Program-made: the position numbers and the translations under genes
Notes under the pieces: generated by a model
What the model was told of the DNA's origin: nothing
The model's database searches: none
Seen by the model: the letters and a program-made list of their open reading frames with translations, nothing else
Shown: in pieces, positions 1 through 10,700 of the stretch
Numbering within the stretch: position 1 is the first letter of the stretch
Layout: each line of letters begins with the position of its first letter
Origin: the human T2T-CHM13v2.0 reference genome, Homo sapiens
DNA: 64,000 nt
NCBI RefSeq assembly: GCF_009914755.1
Contig: NC_060932.1
Strand: one strand, 5' to 3'

Positions 1-364
1 AAGGGCATGGCCACGAGTAGAGAAATCCAGGCTACAGGCAGAAGTGGGAGGAAGCGAGAGAGGAAGACTCATGGAAAGCCTTGCTGCACTCGCCAAAAGA
101 GCTGCCCTCGGACTCAAGAGGGCCACGTTCAATGCCAACCTGACATAAGGTAGTCACCTCTGGAGCACTTGTGGCCTGGGGCAAAAACACAGCTGGATTG
201 AAGGAAGAGTCTTCCCTGTTCCCAGAGGGGCACTGACTGGAAATGAGCATGAAGGTGGGGTCCCTAAAGGGCCACAGAACGAGGCCCTATGCAGGTGTCG
301 GTACAGACTGCCCCAAAAGCCCCCTGAGAAGTTGGTCCTGGGGTGTAAGAGGAAGGCACAGTGA

Positions 365-970
365 AGAGCAGGAGTGAAAGCTGCTTCAGCACTTTGGAGC
401 AGGAAGGAAAGGAAGTGAGATACAGTTGGAAGAGGGCGAAGCGGGCAACCTGAGGGATGGAGTGCAGGGTTTGACCTTCGATTCTGGATCTCCTCCATTA
501 GCAGGCTTCCGGGGTGGCGTTGTTGCCTCTCTGCCGATCCTTCCTTCGGGTGGGGCTGTCGACTGGCACCACGGCCTGTCAGACCGTGGGCGGGGGGCGT
601 TGCAGGCACAGTGCGGTTCCTAGTCTTAGGCATGCTCACTTGAGGCGTTCTTCCCCTACCTGTCGACTGATCTCAGAGGAAGGAGACTGAGCTGCTCAGC
701 CCTGCCGGTGTGGCTGGCAGGGTGTCCCGCATTAGCCCATGTGCCCGACTCCTGGGATCTTACAGGGAGGCTGCTGATGTCCACCTTCCAGTGCTTCCGT
801 CCGTTGGGAGCCTGCCCTTCCTTGGCGCCGGCCGGCCGTGAGCGGTTATCCTCCATAGATAGGGTTCAAGAACCGCCCAACCGTCACCTCATGGTCATCT
901 GACATTCCTGGTGGTGGTAGGGGGACCCCCTGGTTCCATGCTCACATCAGACCAGCTACCTCGAGTGACA
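365..970 (-). mobile_element. MER50-like ERV1 LTR, copy A of unit 1 (truncated at its 3' end; repeated in every unit)
   Basis: GAGCAGGAGTGAAAG...TACAGTTGGAAGAGGGCGAAGCGGGCAACCTGAG...CATGCTCACTTGAGGCGTT...CTGACATTCCTGG...CAGCTACCTCGAGTGACA aligns by eye with copies B and C and with the LTR at 48360-49035. Family name from memory. Confidence 0.7.
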
Positions 971-1548
971 GGAACGTCTGACAGGATTGCACATGTGGCA
1001 GAAGAGCATCCGAGAAGGATGAAGGTTTGGCAGAAGAAACACCTGCCAGATCAGACGTGAATGTGTGGCAGAAAGCCCATCTGGGAAGATTGCACACTGG
1101 GCAGAAGGAAGAGCTAAGAACGTTGTACAGACAGCGGAAGGAGTGCCTGTGGAGATTGCCCGGTGGGCGGTGGTAGCATCTGAGAGGATTGCGGGGTGGG
1201 AGGGAGGATGAGCTGGGAAGGATGCAAGGCCTGGGGAGGCAACATGTGAAGACGATTAAATATGTGGCAGGAGAAACACCTGAGAAGATGGGATGCTTGG
1301 CAAGGGGAACAAGGCCCGGAATGGAGTGTTCGGGAGAAGAGACGCTTAGGGAGATTGCATGTGTGGCAGAAGGAACACGTGAGAAGGTTGCCATGGTGGA
1401 CAGCAGAAAAATTGCAGCCGATGGCACAGCGGTGGGGAGGAAAACATAGGAAGCTTGCAAGCGCGTGGCCTGCGAAAGAAGCATCTGAAGAGATGGCATG
1501 TCTGGCAGAGGACACATTGGGCAAGATTCCACGTTTGGCAGCAGGCCC
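971..1548 (+). repeat. Degenerate 33-bp minisatellite block 1 (ANKRD30-like 11-codon repeat; in every unit)
   Basis: Successive 33-mers such as GGCAGAAAGCCCATCTGGGAAGATTGCACACTG and GGCAGAAGGAAGAGCTAAGAACGTTGTACAGAC read AESPSGKIAHW, AEGRAKNVVQT, AEGVPVEIARW. The frame contains stops and frameshifts. Confidence 0.8.
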
Positions 1549-2236
1549 GTGAGCGGCGACAGACGCGTATGGGCCTGTGGCAACCTCGGTTCCTGCCTCC
1601 TGAGAAGAAAGACATCGAGTGGCACACGGTAGAGTGAGAGACCGAGGCACGCATTAGAGCAGGGGCGAAAGTTCCTGAAATGGTATCGTGGCAGGAGCCA
1701 AAGGAAGTCAAGGAGGCTTGGAAGAGGCCCAGGTGGGCGGTGACCTGAGAGGTGGAGTACAGGACTGGACCTTGGACTCAGGGTCTCCCGCGTCGGCAGC
1801 ATCGCTGCCTGTCCTCTGATGCTTCCCTCGGCGGGGAAGAGGGGGCTGTTCACTAGCACAGTGGCCTGTCACCATCTCATGGGGGTGCGGAGGCGCCGTG
1901 TGCTTACTGGAGTTGTTCTCATGCTCTCTTGAGGCGTTCCTCCCACAAGCAGATGAATGTGCCCAGGGGAAAACATCCCAGATCAGTGAACCTTCCACCA
2001 GTTTGCCTCTCAGGGTGCACGTGTGAGCCCATTCACCCAACTCCCGAGGTGTGCTGGGGAGGCTTCTGAGGTTCGTGACTGCTGTGGGGGAGGGGGACTG
2101 CCTTTCCCTGGTGCTGCCTGTGATCAGTGATTTCTCTAGAGAGTCTGCTTCGTGACCACCGGGCCATCACCTTGCGGCTGCCTGATGTTTACTGGTGGTG
2201 GGGAACCCTCTCGGGCCCCGCTCCACACGTGTGACT
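1549..2236 (-). mobile_element. MER50-like ERV1 LTR, copy B of unit 1
   Basis: GTATGGGCCTGTGGCAACCTCGGTTCCTGCCTCCTGAGAAGAAAG...GAGACCGAGGCA...TTGGAAGAGGCCCAGG...CTGCCTTTCCCTGG...GTGTGACT, homologous to the flank LTR (GTATGGGTCTGCAGCAACCTCAATTCTTGTC...). Confidence 0.7.
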
Positions 2237-2239
2237 GAG

Positions 2240-2845
2240 AGGGACACCTGACAGGATTGAACGCGTGGCAGATCATCCGACGAGATGGAGTGTCTGGTGG
2301 AAGGAACATCTGACAGCCCTGAGCGTGTGGCAGAGGGAACATCTAAGCAGACTGCAGCGATTTCAGAAGGAACGGCTAAGAACATCGCATGGTCAGCAGG
2401 AGGAAACCTTAGGGTAGGGTGATTGCAGGGGTGCTGGGGGGCAAGGGAACCCGTGAGAAGACTGCGGGATCAGCAGTTGGATGCCCTAGGGAGATTGCAA
2501 GGCCTGCCCAAGAGACATCTGGGTAGAGGAAGTATTGGGCCCATGGTGCGCCAGACAAAACTGAATGCTTGTCAGGGGAAGAAGTGGACGCAACTGGCTG
2601 TTTGGCAGAGGGAACCCTCAGGTAGATTGCACGTTTGGCAGAAGGCCCAAGTGTGAAGATGACATGGTAGACAGCAGAAACCCTTTAGCAGGTCGCACGG
2701 TGGGCAGAAGGAACCTCTGAGCAGATTCCATGGTGGGCAGACGGAATGCCTAGGAAGAGTGCGTGGCTTGCAAAGGAAGCATCTGGAAAGAGGGAACATC
2801 TGGGAGAGAAAACATCCACCAAGATGGAGCGTTTGGCGGTAGGGA
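2240..2845 (+). repeat. Degenerate 33-bp minisatellite block 2
   Basis: Recurring GGCAGA(A/G)GGAAC(A/C)(T/C)CT..AGATTGCA motifs at roughly 33-bp spacing; collinear with block 1. Confidence 0.75.
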
Positions 2846-3579
2846 TGTCAGCGGTGGCAGATCCATAGGGGCCTGCAGGCAGCAACCCGAGCTCTCACCT
2901 CATCAGACGGAGTTTAACTGAGGGGCGTGAGGCGGAGTGAAAGAGACCGAGGCCTCTTTGAGCGCAGGAGTGCAGGTCTCCCAGATGATACCAGAACAGA
3001 AAGACGAGGCAGTAAGGTATACTTGGAAGAGGGCCATGTGGGCAACTGGAGAGGTCGGGGGCACGCTTTGTTCGACCTTTGAGGCGAGGTCTCACACATT
3101 GGCAGGCTTCCAAGAGCCAGGGGTTGCATTGCTTCCTCCCCTGAGCCTTTTCTCAGGGTGGGCCATCCACATGGGCAGTGGCCTGTCATCACCTGGGAGG
3201 GACCGCAGGCGTGGCGTGTTTCCTGGAGTCATAGGGGCGCTCACATGAGGCGTGCCTCCCTTGGCAGTCGGATGTTGCCTGGGGAGGGTCGTAGGACAGT
3301 AAAACCCGGCCGGTTTGCCTGTGAGTGTGCAAGCATGAGCCCCGTCACGCGCCCCCTGAGATCTTCTCAGGGAGCTGCTAATCGCCACCTTCCGGGGTTT
3401 CTGTCTGTCTGGGGGACCGCCCGTCCCTGGCACCGGCTCCCGGCAATCATTTATTATTTGAGACAGGTAGTTTAATGGCAGCCTGACCCGTCGCCTCCTG
3501 GTCGCCTGATGTGTCTGGTGGGGTGTGGGCGTGGCCCTCTCCCGCGCTGCTCCTGTCTGACCAGCCGCCCACGGTAACA
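2846..3579 (-). mobile_element. MER50-like ERV1 LTR, copy C of unit 1 (apparently full length, 734 bp)
   Basis: Has TG...CA termini (TGTCAGCGGTGGCAGATCCATAGG ... CAGCCGCCCACGGTAACA) and the same internal motifs as A and B (ATACTTGGAAGAGGGCCA, GACCTTTGA, CAGTGGCCTGTCA). Confidence 0.75.
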
Positions 3580-3845
3580 CAGAAACATCTGGCAGGATGG
3601 AGTGGTTGGCGGAAGACACATCTGACGAGATCGAATGTTTTGCAGAAGAGCCATGTGACGGGATCCGTGGTTTGGCAGAGGAGACATGCGAGAAGACGGA
3701 ACGTTTTGTCCGAATAGACATCTGGCAGGGTGGAACGGAGAGAACAGGTATGGTGGAGAGAACGTCTGAGAAGGTCGCAGGATTCGCAGGAGCATCGGGA
3801 AAAGATTGCCTGCTTGCCCGAAGGAATGGCAAGTTCCAAAGGTCA
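3580..3845 (+). repeat. 33-bp minisatellite block 3, ending at a possible relic exon end
   Basis: ORF 3597-3956 begins MEWLAEDTSDEIECFAEEPCDGIRGLAEETCEK with 11-aa periodicity. Periodicity stops at CAAAG/GTCAGA (donor-like). Confidence 0.7.
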
Positions 3846-4598
3846 GAGGCTCGCGTGAACTCTGTCGGGTTCGAGAGCAGCTCAGTGTTGCTGGTGGCAA
3901 GAGTGTGGTACGGGAATGGTTGGGTGTGGTTTGAATGTCTAGAAAAGGCGAGCTGAGGGTAGATTTTTGAGCAGTCCAGAGCAGAAGGGGTAGAGGATAT
4001 ATTCTGTGGGCCACGGCCACATTCTCAGGATGCTCGTGGCTGTAAATAGTAGATGACCCAAGTAAGAGCGGCTGAAGCCATAGGCACCAGAATTGTGTCA
4101 GCATCGTCGTGTCATGCTCATGTTTTCCCTTCCAGCTGTGCTGTGGGCAGTGTTTAGTTCATGTCTGCTTTGCTGGCGGGCCGAGTAGCAACAGCTGCAG
4201 TTGGTGTGTTCTCTGAAGGCAGTATCCGAAGGCTGGAGGGGTTGCTTTTCTTCCCAGGTGTCTTTTGAAGAGGCAGTCAAGTCAGCAGCTCGCGGTGAAC
4301 TTCTGGTAACATCGTATGGGCTGGGTTACAGCACATGCCGACTGCTAAGCCGGTCACTGGGGAAAACCATGTGATTGCTGTGATGAGCTTAGAATGATCA
4401 TTCCTCCTTCGGGAGCTGGGGTGGGTTGAGGGAGTGATAAAGATCCCGATAACCTTGCATTTCTCCAGCGAGAAAGAAGAAAGAAATTCCGTGGATAGGG
4501 AGCCAGCCAGGTTTCCTGCAGAAAATCATGGGAAGCTTTTGAGCAGGGGAGTCAGAAGATGAGCGGTGAGTATTAGGGCTTTCCGGTCACGGTGTGAC

Positions 4599-4760
4599 AC
4601 AGGGATTGGCCAGCTCTTCCTGTAAAGGGCCAGGTGGGAAGCACTCGTAGGCCCCGTGGTCTCTGTCGTGTCTGCTGAAGCCTGCCGTAGTAGCGTGGAA
4701 GCAGTCAGAGATGACGTGTAAGCAAATGGTCCCGACTGACCTCCGGTAAAGCATTGATTC
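4599..4760 (+). mobile_element. MER58A-like hAT-Charlie MITE fragment (in every unit)
   Basis: CAGGGATTGGCCAGCTCTTCCTGTAAAGGGCCAGG...GGTCTCTGTCG...CTGCCGTAGTAGCGTGGAAGCAGTCAGAGATGACGTGTAAGCAAATGG resembles the remembered MER58A consensus (CAGGGGTCGGCAAACTTTTTCTGTAAAGGGCCAGATAG...GGTCTCTGTCGCAACTACTCAACTCTGCCGTTGTAGC). Confidence 0.7.
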
Positions 4761-7700
4761 CGGAAGCATTTAACAGACCTAACAACCTTTCAAACCGCAT
4801 GGCGTTTCTTTCCCGGATCCCGTTTCAGGAACGTTTCTGTTGGCTACAAGGACCGTCTCCAACATGCTTAGGCTCTGTGAACTTTCCCAGGATCCTGAGT
4901 AGGGTATCCGCCATTCGTCCTTAGGGCTCCGGGATGTCTCGTTCTTACTGTGTCCCTGCCAACCCTGGTCCCATCTCGTCATGATCACCCACTGCAGAAG
5001 AGAGGAGGTGCTAGAGTGAACAGGGTCAGGGGAGCCCCGTTCATCCCCAGGGTCCCAGAATGAACCAGTGTTACCATGTACCCCTGCCCTTGCCTTCCTC
5101 CCTGCTCTAATGGCCGTGTGTTAGCCGGAGATCAGTTTGGGTCTGGGTGCTATGGGTCTGTTGCGCCTGTGGCCTTGGTCCGGCCTCTGTCCTTGTCTCT
5201 GTGAAATGAGAGTGACTGTGCCTGAGAGCGTTCCAGCAAGACAATGATGATCTCCACTGTCTGATTCCCGCTTCCCAGGTTCTCACAGTAGACGAGGAGC
5301 CTGTTTTTCAGCTAGCTGCCGCAAGGGGGCTGGAAATTTCTCCCTTCAGAGTGGACCTGGAAGGCTTGGAAGCATCTGGAGAAGGGCATGGCCACGAGTA
5401 GAGAAATCCAGGCTACAGGCAGAAGTGGGAGGAAGCGAGAGAGGAAGACTCATGGAAAGCCTTGCTGCACTCGCCAAAAGAGCTGCCCTCGGACTCAAGA
5501 GGGCCACGTTCAATGCCAACCTGACATAAGGTAGTCACCTCTGGAGCACTTGTGGCCTGGGGCAAAAACACAGCTGGATTGAAGGAAGAGTCTTCCCTGT
5601 TCCCAGAGGGGCACTGACTGGAAATGAGCATGAAGGTGGGGTCCCTAAAGGGCCACAGAACGAGGCCCTATGCAGGTGTCGGTACAGACTGCCCCAAAAG
5701 CCCCCTGAGAAGTTGGTCCTGGGGTGTAAGAGGAAGGCACAGTGAAGAGCAGGAGTGAAAGCTGCTTCAGCACTTTGGAGCAGGAAGGAAAGGAAGTGAG
5801 ATACAGTTGGAAGAGGGCGAAGCGGGCAACCTGAGGGATGGAGTGCAGGGTTTGACCTTCGATTCTGGATCTCCTCCATTAGCAGGCTTCCGGGGTGGCG
5901 TTGTTGCCTCTCTGCCGATCCTTCCTTCGGGTGGGGCTGTCGACTGGCACCACGGCCTGTCAGACCGTGGGCGGGGGGCGTTGCAGGCACAGTGCGGTTC
6001 CTAGTCTTAGGCATGCTCACTTGAGGCGTTCTTCCCCTACCTGTCGACTGATCTCAGAGGAAGGAGACTGAGCTGCTCAGCCCTGCCGGTGTGGCTGGCA
6101 GGGTGTCCCGCATTAGCCCATGTGCCCGACTCCTGGGATCTTACAGGGAGGCTGCTGATGTCCACCTTCCAGTGCTTCCGTCCGTTGGGAGCCTGCCCTT
6201 CCTTGGCGCCGGCCGGCCGTGAGCGGTTATCCTCCATAGATAGGGTTCAAGAACCGCCCAACCGTCACCTCATGGTCATCTGACATTCCTGGTGGTGGTA
6301 GGGGGACCCCCTGGTTCCATGCTCACATCAGACCAGCTACCTCGAGTGACAGGAACGTCTGACAGGATTGCACATGTGGCAGAAGAGCATCCGAGAAGGA
6401 TGAAGGTTTGGCAGAAGAAACACCTGCCAGATCAGACGTGAATGTGTGGCAGAAAGCCCATCTGGGAAGATTGCACACTGGGCAGAAGGAAGAGCTAAGA
6501 ACGTTGTACAGACAGCGGAAGGAGTGCCTGTGGAGATTGCCCGGTGGGCGGTGGTAGCATCTGAGAGGATTGCGGGGTGGGAGGGAGGATGAGCTGGGAA
6601 GGATGCAAGGCCTGGGGAGGCAACATGTGAAGACGATTAAATATGTGGCAGGAGAAACACCTGAGAAGATGGGATGCTTGGCAAGGGGAACAAGGCCCGG
6701 AATGGAGTGTTCGGGAGAAGAGACGCTTAGGGAGATTGCATGTGTGGCAGAAGGAACACGTGAGAAGGTTGCCATGGTGGACAGCAGAAAAATTGCAGCC
6801 GATGGCACAGCGGTGGGGAGGAAAACATAGGAAGCTTGCAAGCGCGTGGCCTGCGAAAGAAGCATCTGAAGAGATGGCATGTCTGGCAGAGGACACATTG
6901 GGCAAGATTCCACGTTTGGCAGCAGGCCCGTGAGCGGCGACAGACGCGTATGGGCCTGTGGCAACCTCGGTTCCTGCCTCCTGAGAAGAAAGACATCGAG
7001 TGGCACACGGTAGAGTGAGAGACCGAGGCACGCATTAGAGCAGGGGCGAAAGTTCCTGAAATGGTATCGTGGCAGGAGCCAAAGGAAGTCAAGGAGGCTT
7101 GGAAGAGGCCCAGGTGGGCGGTGACCTGAGAGGTGGAGTACAGGACTGGACCTTGGACTCAGGGTCTCCCGCGTCGGCAGCATCGCTGCCTGTCCTCTGA
7201 TGCTTCCCTCGGCGGGGAAGAGGGGGCTGTTCACTAGCACAGTGGCCTGTCACCATCTCATGGGGGCGCGGAGGCGCCGTGTGCTTACTGGAGTTGTTCT
7301 CATGCTCTCTTGAGGCGTTCGTCCCACAAGCAGATGAATGTGCCCAGGGGAAAACATCCCAGATCAGTGAACCTTCCACCAGTTTGCCTCTCAGGGTGCA
7401 CGTGTGAGCCCATTCACCCAACTCCCGAGGTGTGCTGGGGAGGCTTCTGAGGTTCGTGACTGCTGTGGGGGAGGGGGACTGCCTTTCCCTGGTGCTGCCT
7501 GTGATCAGTGATTTCTCTAGAGAGTCTGCTTCGTGACCACCGGGCCATCACCTTGCGGCTGCCTGATGTTTACTGGTGGTGGGGAACCCTCTCGGGCCCC
7601 GCTCCACACGTGTGACTGAGAGGGACACCTGACAGGATTGAACGCGTGGCAGATCATCCGACGAGATGGAGTGTCTGGTGGAAGGAACATCTGACAGCCC

Positions 7701-10700
7701 TGAGCGTGTGGCAGAGGGAACATCTAAGCAGACTGCAGCGATTTCAGAAGGAACGGCTAAGAACATCGCATGGTCAGCAGGAGGAAACCTTAGGGTAGGG
7801 TGATTGCAGGGGTGCTGGGGGGCAAGGGAACCCGTGAGAAGACTGCGGGATCAGCAGTTGGATGCCCTAGGGAGATTGCAAGGCCTGCCCAAGAGACATC
7901 TGGGTAGAGGAAGTATTGGGCCCATGGTGCGCCAGACAAAACTGAATGCTTGTCAGGGGAAGAAGTGGACGCAACTGGCTGTTTGGCAGAGGGAACCCTC
8001 AGGTAGATTGCACGTTTGGCAGAAGGCCCAAGTGTGAAGATGACATGGTAGACAGCAGAAACCCTTTAGCAGGTCGCACGGTGGGCAGAAGGAACCTCTG
8101 AGCAGATTCCATGGTGGGCAGACGGAATGCCTAGGAAGAGTGCGTGGCTTGCAAAGGAAGCATCTGGAAAGAGGGAACATCTGGGAGAGAAAACATCCAC
8201 CAAGATGGAGCGTTTGGCGGTAGGGATGTCAGCGGTGGCAGATCCATAGGGGCCTGCAGGCAGCAACCCGAGCTCTCACCTCATCAGAGGGAGTTTAACT
8301 GAGGGGCGTGAGGCGGAGTGAAAGAGACCGAGGCCTCTTTGAGCGCAGGAGTGCAGGTCTCCCAGATGGTACCAGAGCAGAAAGACGAGGCAGTAAGGTA
8401 TACTTGGAAGAGGGCCATGTGGGCAACTGGAGAGGTCGGGGGCACGCTTTGTTCGACCTTTGAGGCGAGGTCTCACACATTGGCAGGCTTCCAAGAGCCA
8501 GGGGTTGCATTGCTTCCTCCCCTGAGCCTTTTCTCAGGGTGGGCCATCCACATGGGCAGTGGCCTGTCATCACCTGGGAGGGACCGCAGGCGTGGCGTGT
8601 TTCCTGGAGTCATAGGGGCGCTCACATGAGGCGTGCCTCCCTTGGCAGTCGGATGTTGCCTGGGGAGGGTCGTAGGACAGTAAAACCCGGCCGGTTTGCC
8701 TGTGAGTGTGCAAGCATGAGCCCCGTCACGCGCCCCCTGAGATCTTCTCAGGAGCTGCTAATCGTCACCTTCCGGGGTTTCTGTCTGTCTGGGGGACCGC
8801 CCGTCCCTGGCACCGGCTCCCGGCAATCATTTATTATTTGAGACAGGTAGTTTAATGGCAGCCTGACCCGTCGCCTCCTGGTCGCCTGATGTGTCTGGTG
8901 GGGTGTGGGCATGGCCCTCTCCTGCGCTGCTCCTGTCTGACCAGCCGCCCACGGTAACACAGAAACATCTGGCAGGATGGAGTGGTTGGCGGAAGACACA
9001 TCTGACGAGATCGAATGTTTTGCAGAAGAGCCATGTGACGGGATCCGTGGTTTGGCAGAGGAGACATGCGAGAAGACGGAACGTTTTGTCCGAATAGACA
9101 TCTGGCAGGGTGGAACGGAGAGAACAGGTATGGTGGAGAGAACGTCTGAGAAGGTCGCAGGATTCGCAGGAGCATCGGGAAAAGATTGCCTGCTTGCCCG
9201 AAGGAATGGCAAGTTCCAAAGGTCAGAGGCTCGCGTGAACTCTGTCGGGTTCGAGAGCAGCTCAGTGTTGCTGGTGGCAAGAGTGTGGTACGGGAATGGT
9301 TGGGTGTGGTTTGAATGTCTAGAAAAGGCGAGCTGAGGGTAGATTTTTGAGCAGTCCAGAGCAGAAGGGGTAGAGGATATATTCTGTGGGCCACGGCCAC
9401 ATTCTCAGGATGCTCGTGGCTGTAAATAGTAGATGACCCAAGTAAGAGCGGCTGAAGCCATAGGCACCAGAATTGTGTCAGCATCGTCGTGTCATGCTCA
9501 TGTTTTCCCTTCCAGCTGTGCTGTGGGCAGTGTTTAGTTCATGTCTGCTTTGCTGGCGGGCCGAGTAGCAACAGCTGCAGTTGGTGTGTTCTCTGAAGGC
9601 AGTATCCGAAGGCTGGAGGGGTTGCTTTTCTTCCCAGGTGTCTTTTGAAGAGGCAGTCAAGTCAGCAGCTCGCGGTGACCTTCTGGTAACATCGTATGGG
9701 CTGGGTTACAGCACATGCCGACTGCTAAGCCGGTCACTGGGGAAAACCATGTGATTGCTGTGATGAGCTTAGAATGATCATTCCTCCTTCGGGAGCTGGG
9801 GTGGGTTGAGGGAGTGATAAAGATCCCGATAACCTTGCATTTCTCCAGCGAGAAAGAAGAAAGAAATTCCGTGGATAGGGAGCCAGCCAGGTTTCCTGCA
9901 GAAAATCATGGGAAGCTTTTGAGCAGGGGAGTCAGAAGATGAGCGGTGAGTATTAGGGCTTTCCGGTCACGGTGTGACACAGGGATTGGCCAGCTCTTCC
10001 TGTAAAGGGCCAGGTGGGAAACACTCGTAGGCCCCGTGGTCTCTGTCGTGTCTGCTGAAGCCTGCCATAGTAGCGTGGAAGCAGTCAGAGATGACGTGTA
10101 AGCAAATGGTCCCGACTGACCTCCGGTAAAGCATTGATTCCGGAAGCATTTAACAGACCTAACAACCTTTCAAACCGCATGGCGTTTCTTTCCCGGATCC
10201 CGTTTCAGGAACGTTTCTGTTGGCTTACAAGGACCGTCTCCAACATGCTTAGGCTCTGTGAACTTTCCCAGGATCCTGAGTAGGGTATCCGCCATTCGTC
10301 CTTAGGGCTCCGGGATGTCTCGTTCTTACTGTGTCCCTGCCAACCCTGGTCCCATCTCGTCATGATCACCCACTGCAGAAGAGAGGAGGTGCTAGAGTGA
10401 ACAGGGTCAGGGGAGCCCCGTTCATCCCCAGGGTCCCAGAATGAACCAGTGTTACCATGTACCCCTGCCCTTGCCTTCCTCCCTGCTCTAATGGCCGTGT
10501 GTTAGCTGGAGATCAGTTTGGGTCTGGGTGCTATGGGTCTGTTGCGCCTGTGGCCTTGGTCCGGCCTCTGTCCTTGTCTCTGTGAAATGAGAGTGACTGT
10601 GCCTGAGAGCGTTCCAGCAAGACAATGATGATCTCCACTGTCTGATTCCCGCTTCCCAGGTTCTCACAGTAGACGAGGAGCCTGTTTTTCAGCTAGCTGC

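Noticed and set aside
971-1548. Recurring ~33-bp motif superficially like a CRISPR array
   Set aside because: The repeats are degenerate and head-to-tail with no unique spacers, there are no cas genes, and the DNA is primate (Alu, L2, MIR).
942-1859. 305-aa minus-strand ORF (and the 246/210/178-aa ORFs) repeated in every unit
   Set aside because: They span LTR and antisense minisatellite sequence, and GC-rich DNA gives few stops. No domain is recognisable. They are broken in unit 8; the 246-aa ORF is frameshifted in unit 2 and the 178-aa ORF truncated in unit 3. Recurrence reflects array homogenisation, not selection.
2408-2421. Telomere-like TTAGGGTAGGG in each unit
   Set aside because: Only one TTAGGG; it is part of a degenerate 33-mer.
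3597-3956. 119-aa plus-strand ORF conserved in all eight units as a possible expressed ANKRD30-like peptide
   Set aside because: It drifts out of the 11-aa frame after ~35 codons and runs into intron-like sequence. It has different internal frames in unit 8 and is disrupted in the relic. Treated as a pseudo-exon.
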